Below, piece after piece: positions 31,879-45,660 of a DNA stretch of 64,000 nucleotides. The stretch lies in contig CM119263.1 in NCBI GenBank assembly GCA_051294375.1, forward strand, positions 5,326,010 through 5,390,009, read 5' to 3'. Made by a program: the position numbers and the translations under genes. The notes beneath the pieces were generated by a model. The model was not told the DNA's origin, searched no databases, and was given only the letters and a program-made list of their open reading frames with translations. This DNA comes from Paraspadella gotoi (Eukaryota > Animalia > Chaetognatha). Within the stretch, counting starts at the first letter, position 1; every line of letters begins with the position of its first letter.

Positions 31879-34399
31879 GTTTGAAGTGAGTTTTAGGACG
31901 AAAGAATCTCAGCCTTTCGTTATTTCGAGGCTTCAACGAAGAAGCGACGACAACAACAACAACGACAAAAAGAAGACCATATAACCTCGTGGGGATTCTA
32001 TTGTCGTTGTTGTTGTTATCATTGTTGGTTAGCGATCGAGGATTGTGAATCCGTGAGTCTCGTCGAGATTCACAAAAGCGAAACCGAAGTTCGAAGAAGA
32101 AGAAAAAGAAGAAGAAAAAATGAGAGTAAAACTAAAACCGACGGGAAAATATTTCGTTCTTTTGGCAGACGAGGAGGAAGAGGAGGAGGAAGATGAGAAG
32201 GAAGAGGAAGAGGAGGAAGAGGAGGAGGGGAAGATTCGCCGGGCGGTCGAGACGAGAAAGAGAGAGAGTGAAATAGAGAGAGAGAGAGATCGAGTTGAAG
32301 AAAAGAAAAATAATAGTCAAGGATTCCCCGTCAAAGTAAAGACTATGGAAATTTCACGTAAAAATTATAACGTAAACTTTTCCCATTTTTGTTTATCATA
32401 TTTTTAGTTGTTTATTCTTCCCCCTTATTTTTATTACTACCCCCCCCCCTCAAAAAAAAAAAACCCTCTTTTTTTTTATATTTCCAGAAAAATTTTGTTT
32501 CGGAGTCAGAAATAATTCTTCCGACTTCCAAGTTTGACATCTTTTCTTTTTTTTTTTTGTTTTCTTTTATTTTTTCTTTATATTTCGTTTGAGGTTTTTC
32601 TTTCTTTTATGGAAAAAGAAAAAAAGTTTTTAACTTTTGAATTTCGTTTCAGACTTTCTTTTCTTTCGACGGAGAAGGAAGCCCCTAACATTTTGAAGTT
32701 TTCTTAAACACTCATTTACTTAAAAAGAGGAAATTTAAAAAACAAATGTCCAAACCTGTCTTTCGCTTTAACGGAACTCGATGGTATTTCCAGCTTTTAT
32801 TTCACAGTTTGAATTTACTCTCTAAAAAACTTAACAACCTTTCAATTTCAATTTTTATTTTTCAAAATATTAAAATACCAAGTAATCTTTAAATGTATAG
32901 TTTTCAAAACCTAAAGATATTTAACATTTTCTTTCAACAATCCAGACTTTAAAATTCCCTTTCAATGCAACTATCAAAAGTCTTTCAAATTCTCTTTTTT
33001 TAAAAATCCGAAAAAAAGACTTTCAAAGTTCTTTCACTTCTTTCACTCGATTCACGTGAAAGCGATTCACGCCACCTGTGACTCGGAGGAGGACAAAGAG
33101 AAATGGAACGTCAAAATTTTTTGAATACTTTTTTCCCTTTTCATTCTTATCTTATTTCTTTTTATGTTGATATGCTTTTTATCCTTTTTAAATACATTTT
33201 TTTTTTTTTTTTTACGTACTTAAATTCTTTTCTTGTTTTCTGTCTTCCCTTTTCTTTACTTTTCCTCTTTTCTTCTTCCTTATTTTTCCTCTTTTCTTTC
33301 CTTTTCATCCCCTAATCTTTTCTTTTTCCTGCCTTTTTTCTTTTCCTCTATTATTTCTCTTCTTTTCCTCTCCATTTTTTTCTTTTCTTTTTTCTTCTTT
33401 TTTTTACTCTCTTTTCTTTTTCTCCCCATATCTTTTCGTTTTCCTCCCTCTCCCTTTCCTTTCCTGGGTTCGTTTCTTTTCCTCCCATTTTTTTCTTTTC
33501 TTTTTCCTTCTCTTCCATTTCTTTTATTTTTACCTTTCTTTTCTCTTTTCCCATTTTCTTTTCTTTTCTTTTCTTTTCTTTTCTTTTCTTTTCTTTTTTT
33601 CTTTTTTTCTTTTTCTCCGAATGGAGTTTTGCTTCCGTCTAACGCGAAAATCGAAACCTGAGACATTTGTCGTCGCTCGACGACGGTTACAGATGATGGA
33701 CACAGATGATGGACTCAGATGATAAGACTCAGATGCGGTTGGCGCCTCGGTGGAATCCGAGCCTTGGCTGTCGTCGTCGTCCACGTCGTCGTCGTCGTCG
33801 TCTTCCGTCGTTGTTGTCGTCGCCGACGACGCAACCGACAATTAACTCACTTTTCCTTTCAGAACGAAAAAAAAGAAGCGAGTAAGTTCATCAAAGTTAA
33901 TTTACATACAGAAGGTTTTTTTTTAATCGAATTCCGGAATCTAAGTGAGATTTTAAGTTGCATTCGTTTCATTTGCCGGAAAAAATTGCAAATTCGTGAA
34001 TTAATTTCGTGGATTGTGAAATCGAGACTAAAACGGGGAAAGAAACACATATGGGTCTGTTGACAACTGTGTTTAGGTCTTAGTTGGTTCTTTAGTCTCT
34101 GTCGCATTTATATGTTAATGATTCTCGTTATAATGTTTTATTCGCTTTTGAGGATGATATCTTGATATCTTGATATCTTGATATCTGTTGAACAGTCACC
34201 GTCAATGTTATTATCTGCTGTATGTCTATGTTTATGTCAATGTCGATGTCAATATGTCAATGTCTTTTTTAGATAAAAAAAAAGAGGAGAGAGAGAGAGA
34301 AGAGAGGGAGAGAGAGAAGAGAGAGGAGAGGAGAGAGAGAAGAAAAGGAGAGAGAGAAGAGAGAGAGAGAGAGAGAAGAGAGAGAGGAAAGAGGGGAGG

Positions 34400-34436
<37 letters not shown>

Positions 34437-34857
34437 TATTGGATGAATGAGCTTTCTCGCACGGACGGAAGGAGGAGAGAAAAAAACGACAAAAAGAGCA
34501 AAAAGAAAAAAGACCAGAGAGTAAAAAAAAGCAAAAGAGCGAAAAAAGAGCAATCCTCCCCTTTTTCTTCGCCGTCGTCGTCGTCGTCGTCGTCGCCTTC
34601 TTCTTCTTTGAAACGACCATTGGTGCCGCCGCTCACGCTCGCCGAAAGGTGTCACCTCATTCTCAACAGGCGAAGATTTAGGCGTACTCTCACGATCTCT
34701 CCCCCTCGCGATTTCGTCTCTCTCTCTCTCTCTCTGGCCCCACAACCCAAAGTGGATGTATGTGTGCGGAGGAGAGAATACCGAGAAAAAAAGGGGAAAC
34801 CTGAAAACGCGAGCAATTGATCGAGTTCCAATATTTTGAGGCTCCAGGGGTTTGATA

Positions 34858-34898
<41 letters not shown>

Positions 34899-35256
34899 AG
34901 AGGATGAGAGAGAGAGAGAGAGAGAGAGAGAAGAGAGAGCGTAATCTTGGAAGATTCAACCACACGGAACCAAATCTGACCCAAAGAGATGGAAACGATG
35001 GACCCTCGGATCGGTGACCCTCCTCAATTTCCTTCTCCCCCTTTTTTTCCTCTCCCCCCCCCCCAAAAGACCACCCCCCGAATCCGGCATTTAGGGCTTC
35101 GTTTATTAAATCCCGGCGAAGGCAAACTCGAAATTGAAAAAGAGAGCAGGGAAGTAAAGGGAAAAAGAAAGGAAAAAGAAAGGAAGAAGAAAGGGAAAAT
35201 AAGCTGAGACAACCTTCGCCCTTTCCTCGAGATAAAGATTGAAGAAGCCCACAAGA

Positions 35257-35313
<57 letters not shown>

Positions 35314-35855
35314 NNNNNNNNNNNNNNNNNNNNNNNNNTCCTTCGCGAGTGGACTTATCGGGGATTAGGTGAGAGCGAGACAACCAACGCAACCGAGACG
35401 ATTTCGAAGATGGGGTAAGAGGGCGTGGCGTGGAATGGCGTGGTATGGCGTGGCAATATGAGCAGTGAAAGGGAAATGAACGACGATCGTAACTGCGAGG
35501 AGACGAAGATAGAGACAGACAACGTCCGTCTCGACGAGATTGTCTCTCTTTCTCTCTCTCTCGCTGATTCTCTGCCTCGAATTCTTAGAAACGTTGTTGT
35601 GTTGACCGATTATCGTTGTAAACAAAAGAATCCGCGAGTATAAAAGAGAGACAGAGACAGAGAGAGACAGAGAGTGATAACACAGCTTGATATCAAGCGA
35701 TGAAAACAGAGAATAAGACGATATTTTTTTTGATAAATATAAAACCGTTTTTCAAGTAGAAAAGGAGAGGAAAAAAACATGGAAAAAAACCGTAGAAAAC
35801 CCAAAAAACATTCTTAATCATCGATGCAACAGCAAAAAACCCCTCAGGAAAGACT

Positions 35856-35891
<36 letters not shown>

Positions 35892-38800
35892 NNNNNNNNN
35901 NNNNNNNNNNNNNNNNNNNNNNNNNNNNNNNNNNNNNNNNNNNNNNNNNNNNNNNNNNNNNNNNNNNNNNNNNNNNNNNNNNNNNNNNNNNNNNNNNNNN
36001 NNNNNNNNNNNNNNNNNNNNNNNNNNNNNNNNNNNNNNNNNNNNGATGTAAACAAGGGGCGAGTCTTGGGTTAAAGGGTAGAGAGGAAACATTCCCCCTT
36101 CGAGTGTGAGACGAATTGTAAAGACTAGAGAAGGCAGGAAGAGGAGAGAGGNNNNNNNNNNNNNNNNNNNNNNNNNNNNNNNNNNNNNNNNNNNNNNNNN
36201 NNNNNNNNNNNNNNNNNNNNNNNNNNNNNNNNNNNNNNNNNNNNNNNNNNNNNNNNNNNNNNNNNNNNNNNNNNNNNNNNNNNNNNNNNNNNNNNNNNNN
36301 NNNNNNNNNNNNNNNNNNNNNNNNNNNNNNNNNNNNNNNNNNNNNNNNNNNNNNNNNNNNNNNNNNNNNNNNNNNNNNNNNNNNNNNNNNNNNNNNNNNN
36401 NNNNNNNNNNNNNNNNNNNNNNNNNNNNNNNNNNNNNNNNNNNNNNNNNNNNNNNNNNNNNNNNNNNNNNNNNNNNNNNNNNNNNNNNNNNNNNNNAGGA
36501 AAAGTAAAAAAGAGAGAATATGAGGAGAGAGGAAGAGAAGAGACGAGGAGAGAGGAAGAGGAGAGAGGAAGAGTAGACAAGAGTAGAAAAGCGAAGGAGT
36601 CTCTTTCGGAAAACCTGCGGCCAGGGGAAGAGGGGGGGGCGGCTGATGAGTGGACTCAGCTGTGTAGAAGAGAGAGAGGAAGTGAGGGTAATTCCTAACT
36701 GTATTACTTGGCTGTGAAAATGTAAAAGGTTTCAAGGGTTCCAAACTGTACTCTGTCGTTTAAAGACTGTATCACTGGCTGAAAAAAAGACAGAAATAGG
36801 CCAGGATTGAACAATTGTATTTCTATTCTGTTAAACTCTTTATCAATATCTGTAAAAGGACATGAAGAGACGAGATCTCGAAAACTGTTTCTCTCGGCTG
36901 TGAAACGACCAATGCGGTTCGCTCGGTGAATAGTATACAAATTAACGATCGCCTCCCGAACATTGAAAGCTGTTTTTCCAGGAACGGGAGTGGGAGAGTG
37001 GAAGGATGAGGGGGTGGAAAAGGGGGAGTTAGGGGGTGGAAAAGGGGGTGAAAGGGACGAGGTGGGACCGCGGGCGACTGGGGGCGTGGCTAAAGGAAGA
37101 AAAGTCGATTCGGATTCTCTGAGTCGAGTATCGATGAAGTTGAGCAACTGGAAGGAAAGATGGAGAGAGAGAGAGAGACAATTGCAAGATGTAACTGTTA
37201 AGTGTTAACAAAAAAATTCTGAGAAATTGTAACTGTTAATGAGAAGAAAGACTGCGAAAGGCGTAAATGTTAATGAAAGGAAAGACTGAGAGAGGTGTAA
37301 CTGTTAACGGAGAAAGAGTAACAGTTACCAAACCAGAAACTGACTGTTAACAAAGATGATCTTAAAGTGATCTTGCTAGTAATGCATTAACAGACTGAAA
37401 GATTTAAAAAAGGGAAAGATTACCATTGAGGAAGAAATGAGACTGTAACTGCGAGCACTGAGCTGAAGGAAAAAGTATCGGAGAACTGGATTCTTTTTTT
37501 AAGAGAGAGCCGATTATGCGGTGACCAAATAAAAAATATCGAACATCCCTAGTTTTGCTGGTCTTTTTTTGCGCAGTGGGGCAACTGGGGCAAATGAAAA
37601 TATGAAAATATGAAAATATGAAAATATTGCGTTATTAAACGAAGAAATTTAAATTGTCAACAACGCTTGATAAAAAAGTTTGGAAGGAAATTAGTTGTAT
37701 GCGAATCTAGACAAAAAAAGGCTATTTAAAATAAAAAGCATAGCTGGTATTTTATAGGGTTGTTAAGGATCAAACACTATTACTATAAAAAAATAAAAAT
37801 AAAGAAAATGCGCCTGTCAGAAAAAGGTATCACGTTTGAAAAATACATAAAGAGAAATATTTGTCGNNNNNNNNNNNNNNNNNNNNNNNNNNNNNNNNNN
37901 NNNNNNNNNNNNNNNNNNNNNNNNNNNNNNNNNNNNNNNNNNNNNNNNNNNNNNNNNNNNNNNNNNNNNNNNNNNNNNNNNNNNNNNNNNNNNNNNNNNN
38001 NNNNNNNNNNNNNNNNNNNNNNNNNNNNNNNNNNNNNNNNNNNNNNNNNNNNNNNNNNNNNNNNNNNNNNNNNNNNNNNNNNNNNNNNNNNNNNNNNNNN
38101 NNNNNNNNNNNNNNNNNNNNNNNNNNNNNNNNNNNNNNNNNNNNNNNNNNNNNNNNNNNNNNNNNNNNNNNNNNNNNNNNNNNNNNNNNNNNNNNNNNNN
38201 NNNNNNNNNNNNNNNNNNNNNNNNNNNNNNNNNNNNNNNNNNNNNNNNNNNNNNNNNNNNNNNNNNNNNNNNNNNNNNNNNNNNNNNNNNNNNNNNNNNN
38301 NNNNNNNNNNNNNNNNNNNNNNNNNNNNNNNNNNNNNNNNNNNNNNNNNNNNNNNNNNNNNNNNNNNNNNNNNNNNNNNNNNNNNNNNNNNNNNNNNNAA
38401 AACTTGAAAGAAGTGAGGATTTATTAATTTGTTAAACAGACTTGGGGACCAAAACTTGAAAGTAGTGGGATTTATTAAACAGAATTGGGGAAAGAAGTGG
38501 GGATTCAGGGGGATATGAGGAACAGACTTGGGGTTTCGGGGAAAAAGAAGGATTCGTGTGGCGACGAACAGACGGAGAAAGAAAGAAAGAAAAAAAAGAA
38601 AAAGAAGAAAAAAACGGAAATCGATTCGCGAGGAAAGTTTACGGGTGAGTTTATGCGTGAGGTCGACAACGGGTGATTTTACGGGTGAGGTCGCCAACGT
38701 TTTTGACGTCCAGTTTATGCTGTGGTTCGTAAATTTCCTTCGGGGGTCGACGATCGTTTAGAGGCTGTGGGAAAGTTTAGGGAAAGTTGAGGGTAAGTCC

Positions 38801-41607
38801 CTCGGGAATTCATCTTTATTATTCTTATAAATCGGATGTTTTTTTTTTGTTGGAAGGATAGAGGAAAGCGAATTGTTGGTTTGTTTGATGCAACCTTGTA
38901 CANNNNNNNNNNNNNNNNNNNNNNNNNNNNNNNNNNNNNNNNNNNNNNNNNNNNNNNNNNNNNNNNNNNNNNNNNNNNNNNNNNNNNNNNNNNNNNNNNN
39001 NNNNNNNNNNNNNNNNNNNNNNNNNNNNNNNNNNNNNNNNNNNNNNNNNNNNNNNNNNNNNNNNNNNNNNNNNNNNNNNNNNNNNNNNNNNNNNNNNNNN
39101 NNNNNNNNNNNNNNNNNNNNNNNNNNNNNNNNNNNNNNNNNNNNNNNNNNNNNNNNNNNNNNNNNNNNNNNNNNNNNNNNNNNNNNNNNNNNNNNNNNNN
39201 NNNNNNNNNNNNNNNNNNNNNNNNNNNNNNNNNNNNNNNNNNNNNNNNNNNNNNNNNNNNNNNNNNNNNNNNNNNNNNNNNNNNNNNNNNNNNNNNNNNN
39301 NNNNNNNNNNNNNNNNNNNNNNNNNNNNNNNNNNNNNNNNNNNNNNNNNNNNNNNNNNNNNNNNNNNNNNNNNNNNNNNNNNNNNNNNNNNNNNNNNNNN
39401 NNNNNNNNNNNNNNNNNNNNNNNNNNNNNNNNNNNNNNNNNNNNNNNNNNNNNNNNNNNNNNNNNNNNNNNNNNNNNNNNNNNNNNNNNNNNNNNNNNNN
39501 NNNNNNNNNNNNNNNNNNNNNNNNNNNNNNNNNNNNNNNNNNNNNNNNNNNNNNNNNNNNNNNNNNNNNNNNNNNNNNNNNNNNNNNNNNNNNNNNNNNN
39601 NNNNNNNNNNNNNNNNNNNNNNNNNNNNNNNNNNNNNNNNNNNNNNNNNNNNNNNNNNNNNNNNNNNNNNNNNNNNNNNNNNNNNNNNNNNCGACGACGA
39701 CGACGACGACGACAAAGGGCATCAAACAACATAAAACGGTTCACCGACGATCGAGAATCACGTGACTTAAGGATCACGTGACCTGAGAAATTCCTTCGTT
39801 TCACCTCCCCCCCGTATTTTTGGCCCCTTGACCCCCGAGTCGGGGGGGGGGGAAAGATGGGAGGGGAGAGGGAGAGAGGGAGGAGGGAGAAAGGGAAGTG
39901 AGAGACGAAGAGAGATAGAGTGGGAGAGATGAGGGAGAAGCAGTATACTCGTAGAGGGCAAGAGAGGGAGAACAAGACGAGGGAGGGAGAGGAAGAACAG
40001 GAGGAGAAACAGAAAGAGAGGGAGAACAAGAGGGGAAAGAGGAGCAATAGGACGAGAGAAGAAGAAAGAGAGGGGAGAGGGAGGATCGGGAGGAAAAGGA
40101 AGAGGAGGAGACAGAGAGAGGGGGAAGAAGAGAGGAGGAGGAGGAGGAGGAGAGAGTTGTCTGTCAGAGGAACGACTCACCCAATGATCGTCAGACGAAA
40201 CTTTCCCGTCGAAGCAGGAAAACCAAAGGCTGCAGTTTTTTTAATGAGAAGTGAAAGGGAGGGAGAGAGAGGGAGAGATAGAGACAGGGAAAGAGATAGA
40301 GAGAAAGGACAGAGAGAGGTGCAAGAGGATAAAAAGAGAATAGAAAAGAGAGGTTGGAGAGAAGAATTGAATCCAGTGATCGATCGGGAGTTTAGACAAA
40401 GAGATTGACGAGAGGGCTACGGGTCAAGTCACGTGACAACGATGACCCCAGAGCGGCCTGACCCTCACAAGTGCGCCCTCCTCCTCACCCTCCCGCCCCC
40501 CTACTCCCCCCCTACTCCTCCCTTCATCGCCTTCATCTGTTTTCAGTCGAAAAGTTTTGACCGATGATTTTTTTTCCCCCCTTTCGGCCGAACTCATCTG
40601 TCCGTCTCATTTGCCCGACTCATCTGTCTGTCTCATTTGCCCGACGCGACCGTCCCCTTCTGCCCTTTGACCGACCCGACTTCAGGAATGAACGACTAAA
40701 ACTAATTTGACGTTTTGTTTTACGTTGTTTATAAACAAACTCGATCGCGATGTTTGTCTTTCGGATTTAATCCAGATTCACAAAACTTGTTGAGAATCGT
40801 TTTGTCTCCAGTGATTATCTTTTGCTCTTGACTCGAATTTTGGTGACTCAGTCTCACTTTAGTCCTTCCCAGATTCGCTACGGCCTTCACCAATCGCCAG
40901 GCTTAATCTTCACACCCTCGCTACCAAACCCTTCCGGCTTTATTTACGTCATAAGTCCAATATGCTACAATTTTAGACCTGTTCCAATAGGGACATATAT
41001 TGTACAGTTCCTGTCCTGACGTTAGACTCCTCACGCGGATCTAAACTGCTACTGCAGGATCAAGCAGTCCACAGTCCACACAGTGAACGAAGGAGCCGAG
41101 AAATTCCGTAACAACCGGCCCAAAGTGAATTAAGCAGCGGGAGTGACTGTCAAGAGTGGAAGAAGAACGAAACTTTTTTTTTTCTCTCGAAGATTCGATT
41201 TTTTTTTTATTTTTATATTCGTCATAAAACGAAAATGGAAGGCGGGACTCGATTGCGCCAGCCATTTTTTTTTTTACGCTGGCGTCACATTTTCGGATTT
41301 TTTATTTTATTTTTCGTATAATTTAAAAAAAACGAACATTATAACATAAATTTAGAAAAGGATTTAAATTTTGGAAATAGGGTTCCCTTCTCCTAGCGAG
41401 ACGCGGATCAAGAGAAAAACCGCGCCCTTCCGAAAGTCGAGGTAAAAAGTGGCCCAGAATCAAAACCATTTCAATTTGCATATTGATGAAAAAAGAAATC
41501 AAATTCTAGCGGCACCCAGTCACCCTGGTTGGATGGAGAGGGAGAGGAGGGAGAGAGAGAGAGCGAGAGAGATTGAGAGAGAGAGAGAGAAGAGAGAAAG
41601 AGAGAGA

Positions 41608-41651
<44 letters not shown>

Positions 41652-42155
41652 CGTAGAGGGTTAAAGGCCAAGTTATTTTTCTTGAGTACCCCACAACTAA
41701 AATTTTGGAGTCAAAAAATAAGGGGATTTGTGTTCGATGTGAAATAATATTAGGGAAATAAAACGAGAGAACAAATTCTTTTTGGAATTTAATGCAAATT
41801 TCTTATTTTTACCAAAAACTTTTTTTTTTTAATATTGGATGAAGTAAAACAAAGAAATTGATGTCATCTGATGTCAACTGATATCAAATTCTGAGCAACG
41901 ATATTTTATCTCCGAAGCAAGCAAGGAGAAAAGCAAGCACTTTGGCCGTTGGCACGGACAAACAGCCTAAGCAAACAAGGTAAACCGGGGTATAATCGTA
42001 ATTTTTAACAGGCAAGCAACCAAGCAAACAAGCAGTCTAGCAAGCATCGAATTTCTCCCAGGCGAAAAAAAAATCGATGGACGAATCCACGAATTCGAAG
42101 CGACGGACTTTGGTGACGGACACGCCCCCCNNNNNNNNNNNNNNNNNNNNNNNNN

Positions 42156-44617
42156 TGTTTTTTTTTGTTGAAGGGGAGGTATTTGTTGTTTGGTTGATGC
42201 AACCTTGTACATGTACATGTACATACATGTACATACGTAGTTCTTGGTTAGAACCCTGAGATCGATTTAAAAACAGAGATAACAGTTCTGGAAAACTATA
42301 GCAATTCGTATACCTGCGGCCTCGGCGAAAAAAAGTGAAATATTGGAGTGTAGACCGAATTAAATTGTGTAATTAGGTCTATATATAGCGAAATTGACGT
42401 GTGATTAGTTTCATCACATAAGTCAAGGGTAAGGATACAATTTGTTTCCTGTTCTTCCCCAAATATCATAACAAGAAACACAACCACGACGACGACGACG
42501 ACGCGACAAAAGGCAATCAAAAAACATTAAAACGGTTTACCGGACGATCGAAACACGGACTTAAGAACGTGACCTAGAATTCTTCGTTTCCCCTCCCCCC
42601 CGTATTTTGGCCCCTGACCCCCGATCGGGGGGGGAAAGAGGAGAGGGAGAGAGGGAGGAGGAAAGGGTGAGAGACGAAGAGAGATAGGTGGGAAGAATTG
42701 AGGAGACAGTATACTCGTAGGGGCAGAGAGGAGAACAAGACGAGAGGAGAGGAAGAACAGGAGGAGACGAGAGAGGGAGAACAAAGAGGAAGGAGAAAAC
42801 AGGAGGAGAAACAGAAGAAAGAGGAGAACAAGACGAGGGAGGGGGGAGAGAAGAACAGGAGGAAAACCCAGAAAAAGGAGAACAGACAGGAGGGAGAGGA
42901 AAGAACAGGAGGAAACAGAAAAGAGGAGAACAACGAGGAGGGAAAGAACAGAGAAACAAAAGAAGGGAACAAGACGAGAGGAAGGAAGAACAGAGAGAAA
43001 CAGAGAGAGGAGAACAGACGAGGGAGGGAGAGAGAAACAGGAGAGACAACAGAAAGAGAGGGAGAACAGAAAAAGGGAAAGAGGAAAAGCATAGAAGGAG
43101 AGAAGAAGAAAGAGGGGGAGAGGGAGATCGGAGAAAAGGAAGAGGAGGAGACAGAGAGAGGGGAAGAAGAGAGAGAGAGGAGAGGAGAAGAGTTGTCTGT
43201 CAGAGGAAGACTCACCCAATGATCGTCAGACGAACTTTCCCGTCGAGCAGAAAACCAAAGCTGCAGTTTTTATGAGAATAAAGGGAGGGAGAGGAAGAGA
43301 GATAGAGGACAGGGAGAGTTAGAGAGAAAGACAGAGAGAGGTGCAGAGGATAAAAGGAAAGAAAAAAGAGTTGGAGAGAAAATTGAATCCAGTTTGATCG
43401 ATCGGGTTTAGACAAAGAGATTGACGAGAGGGCTACGGGTCAAGTCACGTGACAACGATGACCCAGAGCGCGCTGACCCCTCACAAGTGCGCCTCCTCCA
43501 TCACCCTCCCGCCCCTACTCCCCCCCTACTCCTCCCTTCATCGCCTTCATCGTTTTCAGTCGAAGAAGTTTTGGGAACCGGATGATTTTTTTCCCCCCTT
43601 TCGCGAACCATCTGTCCGTCTTCATTTGCCCGACTCATCCTGTCGTGTTCATTGCCCACGCGACACGTCCCCTTCTCCCTTTGACCGACCCGACTTCAAA
43701 TATGAACGACTAAAACTAATTTGACTTTTGTTTTAGTTGTTATAAAACAACTCGATCGCGATGTTTGTCTTTCATTTTAATCCAATTCACAAAAACTTGT
43801 TGAGATCGTTTTTTCCAGTGATTATCTTGTTTGCTCTTACTTCGACTTTGGCATGACTCTAGTCTCACTTTAGCCTTCCCAATTCGCTCGGCCTTTCACC
43901 AATCGCCAGGCTTAATCTTCACCCCTCGTACCAAACCCCCTTCCGGCTTTTTTACGTCATAAGTCCATATGCTACCAATTTTAGACCTGTTCCAATAGGG
44001 ACAAATATTGTACCAGTTCCTGTCCTGCGATAAGACTCCTCACGGCGATCTAAACTTACTCAGATCAAGCAGTTCCACAAGTCCACACATGAACGAAGGA
44101 GCCGAGAAAATTCCGTTATAAACAAACCGGCCAAGTGAATAAGCAGCGAGTGACTGTCAAAAGTGGAAGAGAACGAAACTTTTTTTTTCTCTCGAAATTC
44201 GGAGAAATTATTTTTTTTTATTTTTATTCGTCATAAAACGAAATGGAAGGCGGGACTCGATTGCCCGCCATTTTTTTTTTTACGCTGGCGTCAATTTTCT
44301 ATTTTTTATTTTATTTTCGTATTAATTAAAAAAAACGAACATTATAACATAAATTTAAGAAAAGGATTTAAATTTTGAATAGGTTCCTAGTCTGCCATAG
44401 CGAGACGCGGTATCAAGAAAAAAAACCGCGGCCCTTCCGGAAGTCGAGGGGGTAAAAAGTTGGCCCAGAATTCAAAACCATTTCAATTGCATGATTATAG
44501 AAAAAGAAATTCAATCTTAGCGGCACCAGTCACCCTGTTGGATGGAGAGGGAGAGGTAGGAGAGAGAGAGAGGCGAGAGAGATTGAGAGAGAGAGAGAGA
44601 AGAGAGAAAGAGAGAGA

Positions 44618-44650
<33 letters not shown>

Positions 44651-45189
44651 GTGGAGAAAGAGCGAGAGACGGGTAGCAGAGAGAATAGGGGAAAAGAGAA
44701 AGAGAAGAGAGAGAGGAGAAGAGAGAACATTACGTAGGGGTTTAAGGCCAAGTTATTTTCTTGATACCCACAACTAAAATTTTGGAGTCAAAAATAAAGG
44801 GGTTTGTGTCCGATGTGAAATAATTAGGAGAATAAAACGAAGAGAACAAATTTTTTGGAATTTAATGCAACTTTCTATTTTACCAAAAACTTTTTGTTTT
44901 TTAAATATTGAAGAAGTAAACAAGAAATTGTGTCATCTAGATGTCAACTGATATCAAATTTGAGCAACGATTTATCTCCGAGCAAAGGCAAGGAGAAAAG
45001 CAACGCCTTTGAGCCGTTGGCACGGACAACAAGCTAAGCAACAAGTAACCGGGATAATCGTATTTTTTAACAGCAGCAACCAAGCAACAAGCAAGTCTAG
45101 CAAGCATCAAATTTCTCCCAGGCGAAAAAAAAAATCGATGACGAAGCCACGTGAATTCGAAGCGACGGACTTGGTGACGGACCGCCCCC
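42156..45189 (+). repeat. ~3-kb direct repeat of 38837-42130 (third copy at about 55256-58130); probable assembly redundancy
   Basis: Begins immediately after a 25-N gap (42131-42155). Collinear with 38837-42130 with dense single-base indels. Confidence 0.9.
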
Positions 45190-45264
45190 TCTACTCTTCT
45201 CTCCTCTCTCTTCTCGTCTCTGCTCTCCTCTCTCTCTCCTCTCTCTCTCTCTCTCCTCTCTCTC

Positions 45265-45323
<59 letters not shown>

Positions 45324-45562
45324 TCGGTGTGTGCGCACGTGCGAGTGTGCGAATGATAACAACGACAACAACAACGGTGCGCGCGCGGAGAAGGATAGGG
45401 ACGCGACGGAGAATCGAAGCGTCTCGTCACTACGAAAATGCAAGGAATGAGAGTGTCTTGAAAGTCACTACGAATATAAATGGAGAAACCAGCGTTTCGA
45501 GGCTAATAGTTTTTATGGAAGTGTAAATATAAAGACAAAAGTTGCTGTTAAATGAATTAACT

Positions 45563-45660
45563 GAAAATTAATTGTAAATTAATTGTAAATTAAATTAAAT
45601 TAAATTAACTGCAAATCAATGAATTAACTGTAAATCAATGAATTAACTGTAAATCAATGA
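45563..45660. repeat. Short tandem repeat (aattaactgtaaatcaatg)n
   Basis: Three to four tandem ~19-bp units. The counterpart is at about 58445-58525. Confidence 0.75.

Noticed and set aside
33659-33841. Acidic minus-strand ORF segment SVASSATTTTTEDDDDDDVDDDDSQGSDSTEAPT as a possible coding exon
   Set aside because: Largely a (CGT)n tract. It has no proper upstream acceptor (a GTGAGT donor precedes it instead) and no partner exons.
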